NCBI RefSeq assembly: GCF_036321535.1
Contig: NC_087436.1
Location: forward strand, 121,336,001 to 121,400,000
DNA length: 64,000 nucleotides
Source of the DNA: Camelus dromedarius
Taxonomy: Eukaryota
Reading direction: 5' to 3'
Each line of letters begins with the position of its first letter. Positions within the stretch are counted from its first letter, which is position 1. The position numbers and the translations under genes were made by a program. The notes under the pieces were generated by a model that did no database searches, was not told the origin of the DNA, and worked only from the letters and a program-made list of their open reading frames with translations. Positions 1 through 14,242 of this stretch are shown here, in pieces.

Positions 1-7
1 CGGCCAT
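1..7 (-). CDS. MSANTD1: MSANTD1 start codon (ATG at 7-5); CDS runs off the left edge
   Basis: The minus strand at 70-1 reads LQRAGPGRPASTLFNPAGASG-M-A, resembling the recalled human N-terminus [24 protein letters not shown]. Good Kozak context (GGCATGG). MSANTD1 is the known neighbour downstream of HTT. Confidence 0.75.
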
Positions 8-167
8 GCCGGAGGCACCTGCGGGGTTAAAGAGCGTGCTCGCCGGCCGCCCGGGGCCTGCACGCTGCAGGAGCCCGGCTCCTGGAAGGCAGCTCCTCGC
101 TCAAAATGGGGCCTACATCTGACAGGCAGGAATTTAGTTAAAAGCTTTTAAACGGGAAACGTCATTT

Positions 168-190
168 TGATGTCACGTTTCCATAGCAAC
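168..190. promoter_or_regulatory. RFX X-box (GTTTCCATAGCAAC, 177-190) with adjacent CRE-like TGATGTCA (168-175), upstream of MSANTD1
   Basis: Near-perfect 14-bp X-box quasi-palindrome in an AT-richer island about 170 bp upstream of the MSANTD1 ATG. Confidence 0.6.
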
Positions 191-1199
191 AGAGCAACTG
201 CATAAGCTACAACAACAGAAACCTTTTAACTGAAAGCGCAGGAATCAGGGCCGCCCTGACGGGCCATCAATATTGCAGCGAGCAGACCAGGCCCCAAACT
301 GGCAGCCCAGGCCCCCGGCCCTGCCTCCCACCCCAGCTCAGCCCCGGCCCCCCCAGTGAGGCATCCCCGCGGGGCAGGCCGCGGCCCCCACCTCGGCCCG
401 GCCAGGCTCACACAGGTGGGGGGCCAGGAGCACACTGGGGTGCAGCAAAGTTTGGGGACGGGGAGACCCAGAGGACAGACAGGAAGACAGAGGGTGCGAG
501 GGGCAGAGAAGGACACAACAGGGAAGACCCAGGAACACACCCTCAGGGACCCACAGGGACACACTAGCAGGCCACCCCCACCGACCCACCCATCCTCCGG
601 CCAACATGCTCACACGTACAATATAAACGTAAAACCACCAGGCTGGGCAGGAGCAGGGCTCCAGCCACCAAGCAGACCCCTGGCTCGGCCCCGTCTGCCT
701 GCTTCCCTCCTGCAGGCGAGACTCCTTGCTGGCCCGGGTGAGGGGGTGGGCTGAGAAGCCAGCGCGGTTCTTGAGGCCAGAGTAGCAGGAGCAGGCGGTG
801 TGTCCGTCCCACCCAGGGCAGACCCACCGCCCTGACTGCCTGGCACCAGCACCACCCGTCACCAGCCCTGCCTCCTCCACCTGCCAGGCAGGGTGCTCCT
901 TGGACCCCACAGAAAAGGGTTCAGTAAAGCTGAATCAAGGAATGAACAAGCGAAGGTTAATTCCCCTCCTTTCCCAGCAGGTCACCGAGACTTCGCCTTT
1001 GGACCTACTGGCAAACTCATTCATTCTTCAAAACCCTGTTCTGACATCGCCACCTCTTTAAAGTCTTCTGTTCCACTGTGCTCCTTCTTCCCTTTTTCCC
1101 TCCTGCAAACTGATCCTACCTTGAGCCAGACATTTATTTTCTGCCATCCAGTTGTGTGTGTGACCTGGGATCGGGCACCTGCAAAGGTGACAGTGATGA

Positions 1200-1410
1200 G
1201 AATTTGCACACCGTCTGACACTGGGCGTTGTTCCAAGCACAGGCACGTGTGTTTTCTACTTTGATCCTGATGGTGAGGGAGGCTGGCACCATATTTATCC
1301 CCATTTTCAGATGAACAGGGTGAGGGGCAGAGAGGTGGGGTCACCCTGTGGGCAAAGGGCCGAGCTTGGCTTGAACCCTGGCAGGCTGACTCGGGGCTGG
1401 GTCTGACCCT
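1200..1410 (-). mobile_element. MIR SINE relic
   Basis: atccccattttcagatgaacagggtgaggggcagagagg resembles the reverse-complement MIR core. Confidence 0.55.
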
Positions 1411-2399
1411 CTGCTGTGCACCCCTGGGCAGGGGCACACATGACGTAGCCAGTGCTAAGTGCCGCATGCCTGGGTCAGTGCCCCGCCGTTTCCTGGGGCT
1501 TCCTAGGAGGCCCCCAACGCTGACCCTGGACAAAGTGGCTGCTGCACTGGCTGGGGTCCTTGGCTGCCCGCCCTCAGCCAGGGCTTGACCAACAGTCAGA
1601 GCCAGGGAACATGGACGCTGACCTCCAGCACAGGACAAAGGCAGGCTTTGCAGAAGGACACTGCTGGGGAGAACTGGCCAGGCCGCCCAGCCCAGCGCAC
1701 GTGAAGGGGCAGGAAAGGGGCCCCGCCTCGGCAGGCCCGGCTAGCTGGGCAGGAGGCCAGAGCAGTGGCACCTGCAGCGGCTGCAGAGAGAAAGCGCCAC
1801 CTAAAGGCAGCAGGATCCAAGACGTGAAAGATAAACTCAAGAGGGGGTTTACCAGCAAGCGCCCTGTGCCTGGGGACCCGTGGCCGCCACGCGGTGCCCA
1901 GCCCCGCCCCCAGGCCCGCCGGCCCAGCGAGCCCACCTGGCACCTGTACAGTTCTGGCAGGGGCCGACCTCGGCTGGGAGGGCTCTCAGAGCCCAGGTTG
2001 AAACCCCCGCAGGCGGCAGAGGGCCCTCCTCAGGCCTGACCACACGCAGGGGCATCCTGGTCTGAGGCTGGGGTGGGGCGGTGTCCCCGACCCTGTGCCC
2101 CATGTGCCCTGCACACGCCCTCTGACACCCTGCGGGAGGGGCCAAGGCCCCAGGCAGGAGGAGGGGAGGTGCTCAGGACGGGGTGGGCCGGCCAGGCTCC
2201 CTCCTCCCTGCAGTCAGCCCTGGGAGTGCAGAGGCAGAGGACAGCAGGGGCACATGTGGGCACTTGGAGGGGCTTCTGCATCCCCCCAGTGGGTTCCCAG
2301 GTCAAGGCCTGGTCCTGCCATCAGCTCTCTGTGGAAGCCACTCCCTCTCTGGGCTTCAGTGGTCCCCTGGGGACATAGGGACACCACCGCCTGGCTGCA

Positions 2400-2492
2400 C
2401 ATCACCCCCTAGGAAGGCTCACAACTGTGCTTCTCCAGGCCTGGGCACCTGGCACAGAGCACTCAGTAGTGTTTGCAGAGTGAATGAGTGAT
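2400..2492 (+). mobile_element. L2 3'-end relic
   Basis: cctggcacagagcactcagtagtgtttgcagagtgaatgagtga resembles the L2 terminus. Confidence 0.45.
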
Positions 2493-5183
2493 GTTAAGGC
2501 CCACCTCTTTCAGGAAGCCCTCCCACTCCTCAGGCAAAGGATTTGACCTCCCAAATGGCCCTAGAGCTGGCTCTCTGTCCCACCCAAGGACTCTTCCCAG
2601 CCACATCCCAAAGGGCAGAGCGGGGCTGCCTCACAGGGCATCCCTGCACCAGGGTGGAAGTCCACAGGAAGGCAGGCAGAGCCGGCTCAGGGTCTCAAGC
2701 CCAGCTCCACTGACTCAGCATGTGACCTGGCCACCCCTACCCCTCAGCCTCTGTCCTCACCCACAGTGGGAGCAGCAGCTCCTGTCTGGATAACTCTCCA
2801 TTGCTGGATGTGGGGCTGGTGTGCAGAGGGCCTGCCTGCATCTCCAAGGCCCTGGGGTCTCTACCCACTGCCCCTTCCCTCCCGGCCCCAGGGCTCCTTG
2901 GAGCTTTTGGAGAATTGGGCAGAGGATGGCAGCTGGCCTGGCTGGGGACGGTGATCAGTCATCAGGACAGCTGGCCCCAGTGCCTCCGAGCAGCAGCAGC
3001 TGGCCTATGGCATCACCGCCTGCGCTCAGGGCCCTGAAAACCAGGCAGCCCCAGAGGAGGCAGCTGCACACCACCCTCCACTGCCTTCCCCTGAAGCCGA
3101 CCCGTCCAGGGGAGTCGGGGGAGAAAGCTGGACTCCGTCTCTTCTCAGGCCTCAGGGGCACCAGAACCCTGGAGGCGCAGCCCTGGAGACGCTCCCTGAA
3201 GCAGAGCCCTTGCTTTGGGCCTCCAAGGACAAGGGGCAAGGCTGGGAGCTCAGGGAGGCAGGGCCAAGCAGCCCCGCAGGAGGCCCTGCCTGTCCTTGGC
3301 TGGGGAGGGGCTCAGTACCTTGGCACAGCTGCATGGCCCGCTGGGCCCCTCAGTCTCTGAAGGAGAGGGAGGCAGAGGGCCCAGGGCTGGGCGCCCAGCA
3401 GCACCTGTGGGGAGAAGGGGAGTCAGGCCTCAGCAGGGGGTCCTGGGCCATGAATGTGCTCAGGAGGGGCTGGTGCCCTCCAGGCCTCACTCTCCCCTGA
3501 CACGGGAGCCCAGGGCAGGAAGGGGGTCTCCAGCGCCTTCCAGGAGCAGGCAGCAGGGAGCTGAGACCGTCCCAGACGGCGAGAGAGCTGGGCAGAGGAG
3601 AGGCCCAGGGGGCGTGGGGGTGGGGCCAGGCAGGCAGGCAGGCAGGCAGGGCAGAGCGGTGGGAGGGCAGGGCAGGAGGATGGACCACCGGGCGGAGAGG
3701 GGCAATGACCCCTGCTGGCACCACCGTCCTCTCCGAGTACTTGGGGAGCCCAGACCCTTAACTTTCGGTCCTCTGCCCCGGTGGGCAGGCTCCCACCCAG
3801 ACTCCACGGCTCCACTGGGCCCACCCATGCCCTGAGCACCTTCTGGGCCAGGGTGGGTGCAGGCCTGGCTGGTGGTCCCTCCCATCCCGAACTGTGTGAG
3901 CTGAAGGCCTGGGAACACCAGGCCCCTAGAGGACGCGACATGGGGGAGCACATCTGGGTGGCCCTGGGGCTTCCTGCTTGGGGGGCCAGTGGTGGTGAGC
4001 CATCCAACCAGACGGAGGACAGTTTGGGGCCCGAGAACTCGTGGAAACTGCAGGATACGTTCATTGTTTCCCCAAAGGCGTCTCAGTTGACCCCACAAAG
4101 CAGGCCCATGGCCACACTGCCCTGAGGGGTGAGGCACGGGCCGAGCACCTCCATACCCAGAAGGTCAGTCTGTCCTCACCTGGACCAGGGCGGGGCGGGT
4201 AGAGCGTAGGTAGCCCTGAAGTCTGAGAGGCCGTCGGGGGCCCTGGAGCTGCCACAGAGGAGACAAAGTCGGGGATGTGCAGAGTGACTCAGGTGGCACT
4301 GGGGCCAGCGTGGCCGGTCCACCAGCCCCAGCAGCCAATGCTCTCCAAGCAGCTTCCTGCCCACAGTGCTCACACCTTCAGCCCACGCACAAGTCACAAG
4401 CTGGTGTCTGCAGGTGAAGACCACACTGTCCCTGTCTCCGTGCAGAGGCCAGGCTGTCTGTACCCACCTGTCTCTCTGGGCTCCTTGGTCGGGCTGCAGG
4501 CTGCCCACTCCCATCAATGCTCTGGAACTGAGGGGACTTCAGCCAACATTACAAAGCACCTGCCGGGGCAGCCCACAGCCTAGGGTCTGTCTGGTAGGAA
4601 AGCGCCTGTGCTCTGAGACCACCACCGCGCCGACTGCCGGTGCTCCCGACGAGGCGCTCACAGAGCTAGGGATGGCGCCCACGTAGCTGCGTGGAGGACT
4701 TGCAGGAGGAAGTGGTGTTTGGGGTAGGAAGAACTTACCAAATGTCTGGGGCAGCACCACCACACTGGAGCCCAGGGCACGGGGGCCATGAGCTGGACAG
4801 GGCCAGACGGGCCATGAAGGGGGCTCAAAAGCCAGGTGGTGGTCCCTGTGCGAGCCCCCCCAGGACCTATGCCAGCCCCAAACACCCCTCCAGGGCCCTG
4901 GGCCAAACGCGGAGGCCGAGATTCAGGGTGGAAACCACACAGTCCCGTGGAGACTCCGTCACGGAACCACCGCAGCTTTCCAGCTTTGTGTGCTGGGCAG
5001 AAGGGTGGCTGCGCTGTGGTCCGGGGCCGTCACAGGAAGCACCAGCTGGCCCCCAGTCCGGCACAGAAAGGGCGGTGGGCTCGTGCGGATGAGGCAGCAG
5101 CTCCTGCCTCCTCCTCAGGAGGGTCGAGGTTGTCCGTAAGCAAAGCAGGCCTCACACGGCAATTCACAGTTAAATTTTTTTCC

Positions 5184-5189
5184 TTTAAT
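5184..5189 (-). terminator. HTT: HTT distal poly(A) signal ATTAAA (long 3' UTR isoform)
   Basis: Minus strand AACATTGTACATCCAAATTAAAGGAAAAAAAT matches the recalled end of human HTT mRNA; upstream UGUA element. Confidence 0.85.
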
Positions 5190-8100
5190 TTGGATGTACA
5201 ATGTTTGCAGCAGTTTAAAAAATTAAAATACACATCTCATGTCAATCCTCCCCTCTCCTCTCAGAAACAGGTCTGGGCCAGGCTCCGGGGTGCACCCATC
5301 ACAGCCCTGCCGGCTCCCAGCGCAGGGGGGATGGTGGGGACAGTGGGGACAGGAAGGGACAGTGCCGCGTGAGCTCAAGCCCTGCTGACAGCTGCTCCAC
5401 ACGGTGTGAGGCAGCGAGTAGGGACAGGTGGCCCTGCTTGGCTCACAGACAAACCACCCGCGGCAGGGGCCACTGGTCACTCAGTTTGCAACGGGAAACT
5501 CTGCACTGACTGTCCAGGGCCAGGTTGTCCCAGAAGCACTTAGGGGAAAGAAGTTCCTTCAACTGCACTAAAAAGTGACAGGCGCACGGGAAGTGTCCCC
5601 GAACCTTCCAGGCCACCTTTGGTTGTCACCACCACCTAGGGGCCCCTTCCTGCTGAGCCTGTGCCCAGGCAGCGGGGGTGGCCCCCTTCTCACATGGCCA
5701 CCCCTGTGGTCTCCAGCAAGCATCGGCGGCTTTTGAGGTGGCGCCCCCACCCCCACCCATCGCTCCAGCAGACAGAACCACCAGGAGTCTCCCTGGCCAG
5801 TGGCTGCAGTTTTGGGCACTCACCACAGAGCACAGGACACGAGCCAGGAATAGATGCTCACGGTATCAAGAAGACACGACATCCACTCCCGCCAACCACA
5901 CAGGACCAGCACACGGGGCCCAGCCCCGAGGAAGTCTCCCTGAGAGCTGTTTCGGGTCTGTCCTGCCTGAGCCAATACTGGGGCTCGTCTAAGCTCCCCA
6001 CGGCCCTGAGGGCTTGCAAAAGACGCCGTGAAGGGGCCTGTGTGGTGAAGGGTCCGTCAGGGCGCAGGGCCTCCTCTGATGCTACATTCTGGGTGTCTGG
6101 AGGTGTCTCAGTGCAGTTCTCTCCTCCTGGAGGGACACGTGTGCTGGCAACAGTGGGAGAGGACAGCAGTAAAGGGCACTTGGCAGCTGGAAAGGCCCAG
6201 CACAGCTCGGAGGGGTCGCGGCGGGAGGAGGCACGTTTCTGAGAAGACGCGTGCAGGTGCACTGCCAACCGACTCTACCCTGGTTTTGCTCAAACTCTTC
6301 CTGCTGATGTTGCCAGCAGGAAACCAAAAACACACTCCTTCCCCCGAAGAAAACAAAAACCTGATGGTAAATTAATGATATTTTCAACAAACTTTGGATT
6401 GGGAACACGATTTGTGCTCGCCGTAAACTTCTAGGGGAGCGTGATGCAGTCTTAACCCCTCTTGCGGAGGGCTGACCGTGTGGACTGCTCTCTCAGTGGG
6501 GTTTAATGAGCGATGACCCACTCCCGAGACATCTTAGCCAGGGAGCCGACTCCACGAGGCAGGTCAAGGGATAGTCAGCTTCTACAAAAACCGGACCAGC
6601 CACTCCTAGAAGCCTTGTGCACTTGTGCCTGGAGATACACGTGCCATCACAGGCACGCACCCACTGGCAGTGATCCCATTCAAAGACCCACACCCGTTTT
6701 GGGAGCACACTGGCAAGCCTCTGGGTTGGCACCTATGGCCAGCGCGGGGCCCCAAGCCTCCAGGTGAAGAACTGATGGTTTCAGTTCACGTGGTAAAGAG
6801 GGGACAACCAGTTAGGCCCAGCTGAGCCCAGGGCCAGGCTTCCTCAAGACAGGCCGGATCTTCCATTCGCAGTGTGACTGCAACAAGTGCAAACGTCTAA
6901 GAGGACACAACACCCGCGCCCCTCTCCCAGCTGCTGAAACAACGCGTGCAGCGAGGCAGCCGTTCTGGAGCTTTCCATGTTCATGAACGTCCTAGTGGGC
7001 TTGCTATGGGAAAGGCCGGATGACCACCAGGGCCAGATGAAAAGGGAGACGGTGGCTGATCCTCTCGCTTCTTGTTCAAAGCCGCAGTCCCTCCTCCACG
7101 GTCCTGCCCGACACGCAAGCTGTTTCTGCAGCTCGTGCCCTGGCTGGGTGAGGCGTCCGTTGGGGGCCGGGGGAGGAAAGGCTGCTCTGAGGAGGGGCCC
7201 CCGCAGCCACCCTCACGCATACACTCTGCAGCCCAGCTGGCCTCGAGCAGTGGCAGTGGGGAAGGGGCGGGTGGGGGCAGCTGGCTGCATGCGCTGCAGT
7301 GAGACGTGGGGATGCACAGACAGACGGGAGGGTAGTTAACCACACACCAGAGGGCTCCTCCCCTTCGCAGACCCTGGAAAATGGCTTTGGAATCACCTCC
7401 CTCACCAGTGAAATACCCAAAACCTGGCTGCACTTGAGCTCTTGACCAAACTGACCAGCACAATGGCGACCAACAACCGGCCCGCCTCTGGGGACCTGAA
7501 GAGCCCTGCTCCCAAGCACTCCCCCAGCCCCTGCGCTGGGTCACCGGGTCACCTGACTGTCTGGGCTGCATCTGCATTTGGTGATTTGGCTGCTCTGGGC
7601 CCCGAAACTGCTGGCCCAGGGGCCGGGCTGGGGCCAAAGGGGCAGCTCTGGGATCATTCCTGCCCTTTCCAGGTGAGCCTGCCACTCATCCAGTGGGCAC
7701 AGATCTGCACTCTGCTGCACTGAGGGGAGGCCGTGGCATACAGGCTGAGCTGGAAAGGGGGCCCGGGAGGTGCTGGGGTCTCTTTGCTCTGGACCATGAG
7801 GGGCAGATATAGCCTGGTTATATACCCTTGGGGCGGCTGGGCCAGGCGTGCGCCTAGGCCCCAACATGCAGGAGGGGCCACGTGGGATGTGAATCCCAAC
7901 CCCAGCTGGGCAGCCCCTGGGGAGACCACAGCCCAAGCCAGCTGGGGACAGGAGCCGGGGGACGACAGCGTCTCTGGATCCAACAGGCTGCTCAAAGCTA
8001 GGCGACCTGGCTGGTCAGCTAAGGGAAGCTGTCCCTTACTGGTGGGTGAAACTTGAGAGCTGTCCACGCCTTGGAGCTGCGGGTGGGCATGGAGGGGTGC

Positions 8101-8372
8101 TGCCCACGCACAGGAAAGCCGAGCGGGCACCTTCTCAACCCGTAGTGGGGCGGGGTGGGACTCCTGATCCGGACCTCTGCACGCTGGCCCTTGTCTAAGT
8201 TCTAATTACACGTGAGTGCATAAAGGGAGCGGTGAGAGGACCTGCCGGGCAGAGCGCGGCTCATCTTGTGGAGGGACCGCCCTGTCCACCTCCGCGGAGG
8301 CTGCAGCACCCGGCAGACTTGGCAACGCACAGACGGTACACGGGCATAGAAAGTTACCTTAAAATTAATCTC

Positions 8373-8378
8373 TTTACT
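8373..8378 (-). terminator. HTT: HTT proximal poly(A) signal AGTAAA (short 3' UTR isoform)
   Basis: Minus strand TTTAAAATTTAATTATATCAGTAAAGAGATTAATTTTAA, about 560 nt after the stop, as in human HTT. Confidence 0.85.
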
Positions 8379-8933
8379 GATATAATTAAATTTTAAATCC
8401 TGAGAAGAAAACGGAGACAGGGAGGTACGGCGAGGGGTGTCGCGCTCCCAGCCGCCCACCTGGCCCACACCATGGCGTCAAGTCCAGACGCCGGAGCGCC
8501 AAGACCCCAGCCCCCGGCCTTGCTGGGGGGCACAAGGAGAGGCTCTCAAAAGCCCGATGGCATCACCTCCCGCCTGCGGGACAGCAGAGGGGCCAAGGGC
8601 CAGCCTGCCAGGACTCTGAGCAGAGGCAGGAGCAGCTGCAACCTGGCGACACGGGCAGGCTGAACACTAGGAGGAGGGTAAACACCCGGTTAACTGGCGT
8701 CTGACACTAGCTCTAGCGTGAAGGGTTAGCAACACGGCTGCTCTTGCTCCTGTGAGGACTCAGGCTCGACCCCAAAGATCACTGCACGTGTACCCGCACA
8801 CGGCCTCACGGCCCTGGCAGGGCGGGCGCGGCCCAGCGCCCTGGGTGGCAGAGGGAAGCGCACGGCGCCAAGCCACCCAGTGCAGACAGGTCCCCGAGGT
8901 CCTGGCGCCACCCTGCTGCCACTCCGTGGGCAC

Positions 8934-9147
8934 TCAGTGCGTGGCAACCTTGTGGACATTCTGCAAACAAGTCAGCAGTCGCTGATATGGGTTTCCTGGT
9001 GCCGCCACCACCTCAAACACAGACTGGAAGGCCCTGCGGTCCAGCTCCTCCTCTATCTGGTGTCTGTAGAAGTCTGCGGCCACCAGGCAGAAAAGGTTCA
9101 CGTCCACCCGCTCCAGCTTGCCCATTCTGCTGACCACGTGGGGAAGG
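8934..9147 (-). CDS. HTT: HTT exon 67 coding part ([11 protein letters not shown]...HKVATH*)
   Basis: AG at 9149-9148; TGA at 8936-8934; 214 nt. Confidence 0.96.
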
Positions 9148-10452
<1,305 letters not shown>

Positions 10453-10886
10453 CTACCGCTTCACAGGCTTCCAGCAGCAGGGCCACAGCAGGTCTCCTCC
10501 GACACTGACGGGGGGGGGGCAAGACGGCACTGCCTCCTCCACTGACCCCCACTCCAGTGACACGAGGATGGAAGCAGGGCTAGGGCTCGGGCTCCCCACC
10601 CAAAAAGGGATCCTGTAGTAACCGGCAGAACTGGTCTGGGCAGTGATGTCACAGGACCCGCCCCTGTTAGGGTTTGTTCTCCCCCATCCATGAACTCCCA
10701 GAACTTCTCGGTGTCTCGTTCTGACGCCACGGCACTGTGTTAGGAGCCTTCCTCTTACCGACCTGGCCCTGGGTGCCCTCCTGCCCACATCCCTCAACAC
10801 CCCCTAGGGTTCACCCCTCGAGCAGTGTCCTTCTAGGTTGGGGGGGAGCCATCATGCTACTCAAGCCACCGTCCCATTAGCACAAG

Positions 10887-11078
10887 CAGTTGGCCCTCTG
10901 TATCTGCGGGTTCCACGTCGGAATCTCCATCGGTGGCTGGCTGACTCCGTGAATGCGGACCCGCGGACTCAGAGGGTGGATGGCGCTGCACCGCTTTATA
11001 TAAGGGCCTGCGCGCTGGCGGATTGTGGCATTTGTGGGGGGCCCAGGACCAACCCCCGTGGATTCTGAGAAACGACTG
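10887..11078 (-). mobile_element. MER2/Tigger-family (TcMar) MITE
   Basis: Imperfect terminal inverted repeats cagttggccctctgtatctgcggg ... cccgtggattctgagaaacgactg, plus internal tttatataaggg typical of MER2. Confidence 0.75.
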
Positions 11079-12081
11079 TGCAGAAGAGTTACGTATGACT
11101 GCAAAGCACTGGAAGTGACCCAGAAACTGGCCCACGCCTCCTTCGGGTGTGCTGGGATCCACCTGCCTGCAGAGACCAGCTGTTGCCAGCGTGGGCGAGG
11201 CTGCTGCTCTGGACAACACCCACGACTGAAAGTTAGCTTCTGTCAACCCAGAGTCTGCCCCTGAGTATCTGGAGAGTGGTCAGGCCAAACGCTGCCAGCA
11301 AGCGCTGGAGTGTAGGCTCCACATGGGCAGGGGCTTGAGCGCACACGCCCCTTCTACAGTCCCACATGGAAACAGACCCTGTGCTTAGCTTTCAGGACAC
11401 CTGGCCTGGCTGGAGCACCACGGACTACGTTCTGTTGCGTGCACTCTTGTGAACTCTGCTGACGGAGCTGGCCAGGGCTGACAGGGTGAGCGGAGCAGAC
11501 CTGGCTTCCCCAGGGCCACAGACACACAGTGTCCCCTGGACCAAGAGGCCTGGGGCAACACTCAGGCCCCTGTCCGAGGTCTAGCCTGATAAGGCACCCA
11601 GCCTGCCGTGCAGGACTGTGAGCTGGGCCAGTCCAGACACAAGGGCACACGTGTGGGGGGCAGGCCATCATCATAAGCTCTCAAATATGATTTTGTTTAT
11701 TGTTTAAGTTTGTCCACCGAAGACACCTCCTGAGCCATTTTAACATGGCCAAAAGGCTGTGTGTGCCACCCCCCCGCAGCCCTGCTGGTCACATGAGTGA
11801 GCCTGGGGCTCCTCTGTACAAAAGCAGCAGGGTCTGGCAGATAGGTGTTACTGACCGGGCCCCACGCCCAGTTCTCCAGGTGTCCGTGCGCCCCTCCCGA
11901 CACCGCACAGCCGGCACTGCCCTCGTCTTTAGCAGACGGACGCGTGCCTGGGCTGGCCCTGAAGCCCAGGACTCTGAAGCCCCGGGGGCGGGGTCTGGGG
12001 CTGTGCGTCCCACAGAGCCCCAAGGGTGGCCCGAGCACACTCAGGGCGCAAGCAGGACGCGGACAGCGGCTCCGTTCTCAC

Positions 12082-12187
12082 CTATCGAAGAGGACAGACA
12101 CGCGCTCCATGGCCACAATCACAGACTCGCTGTCAGGGGCAGCAGCGCCGGGCCCTGAGCTTCTGCCTGGACTGGCCTTCTCCTTTC
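12082..12187 (-). CDS. HTT: HTT exon 64 (KEKASPGR...[10 protein letters not shown])
   Basis: 106 nt, AG/GT boundaries, peptide match. Confidence 0.95.
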
Positions 12188-12438
12188 CTGAATGAAATAA
12201 AGCCGCTGAGTTCTGCAGACTGTAAAACGGACAGGCTCTGTACACAGAGCCTGGAACTCACACGAGAGTTCATGAACCCCCGGGGATGGTCTGAAACCAG
12301 GTGACGGGAGCCCCCAGCAGCCCAGGCCCAGCCCAGCCCAGCCGCACAGGGTGCAGCGGCCAGTCTGCAGACCCGCTCCCAGGCGCAGTTCTGACACCCG
12401 GACAGCTCTGTGACCTCGACCTGGCCACCCCTGCTCTA

Positions 12439-12903
<465 letters not shown>

Positions 12904-12907
12904 TCAC

Positions 12908-13022
12908 CTGGATTATGGACGCAGAGAACTCTGGCCCGACGTCCAGAGGGTAGTTCTCAATCAGGTAGAAGGCAGTGGCGCACATCACCAGCACGTGCTG
13001 CTGGCTGTGGGTGTTTACGCAG
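12908..13022 (-). CDS. HTT: HTT exon 62 ([14 protein letters not shown]...SASIIQ)
   Basis: 115 nt, AG/GT boundaries, peptide match. Confidence 0.96.
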
Positions 13023-13293
13023 CTAAAAACAAGACAGCAGCCAGGTTCAGCCACAGACGGCAGGCCGCTCCTGTCTGATGGCACGCGGCGTCCTCCCGTC
13101 TCAGCGCCTTGGCTACCTGCCCGCCTGGGTTCCTGCCAACTCCTGCCTGCGCTCTGGCCCCAGTCTGACGTCCGCTTTGAAACGAGTAACATTGTTCTTC
13201 TCACTGCCCGTGCTAAGAGCCCCCACATCTGGTCAGACCCCAGAAAAAGCCCGGGAGGAACACAAGAGCAGGAGGCCGGGCAGCCCCAACTCA

Positions 13294-13485
<192 letters not shown>

Positions 13486-14203
13486 CTAGGGCAAAGGCAC
13501 ACAGCAGAGGCTAGCCCCACAGTGCGGCGGGAGCCACGAAGGGGAACTTCACTCCACAGTGTGCAGAACGCAGTCCTCACAGCGGGGCTGCCCGCCATCC
13601 TCCACGAGGCCCGGGTGCGGGGCTGGCGCTGGGCTGGCACTCCGGGGCTTGGATGTCGGGAGGGCTCCTGGCACCCTCACCGATGGGGCGGCCCCCTGGG
13701 CTCACCCACTGAGCAGACACCCGCTCCCCTGGGGCTGGGGTTTGGTGTGTGCCCAGCAGGGGGGCCCGCAGGACCCGCCCTCGATAAGAGCCCTGGTGCT
13801 GAGTCTCTAAGGACCCTCCCTGGGGACAGCACTCCACATGTGCTGTCACAGTGTGTCACCGGGGGACTGAGCGTGGCTGGTGTGACTCCATGGGTCAGGG
13901 TTCTGAAAGCGGTGCCCGTTTCCTCTCTGGACCTCGCCCAGCCGGCCTCTCCCTTCCCTGATTTTGCTGTGCAACCTCTCCCTGTGGTAAATCATGGCCC
14001 AGAGTGAGTGTATGTGAGCCCCGTGTGTCCCTCTGACAAAGACCCAGGCATGGCCCTGGGGAACCCCAACCACAGTTTATACTAACGTGGACCAAGATGT
14101 CGTCTCATTCAGCATCCTATCCAGGACAGAGTGAAGGAGACACCTGAGTCCCCGCACCTGATCCTCCCCAGGGAAGATGACTGCGTCCAGCGCAGAGGTG
14201 AGG

Positions 14204-14242
14204 CAGACACGGCGGTTTCACAGACACGGCAGTTTCACAGAC
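14204..14242. repeat. 17-bp tandem duplication (cagacacggcRgtttca x2)
   Basis: Read directly from the sequence. Confidence 0.8.

Noticed and set aside
226..8900. Many 100-230 aa ORFs in the HTT 3' UTR and intergenic spacer
   Set aside because: Expected by chance at this GC content; none resembles a known protein
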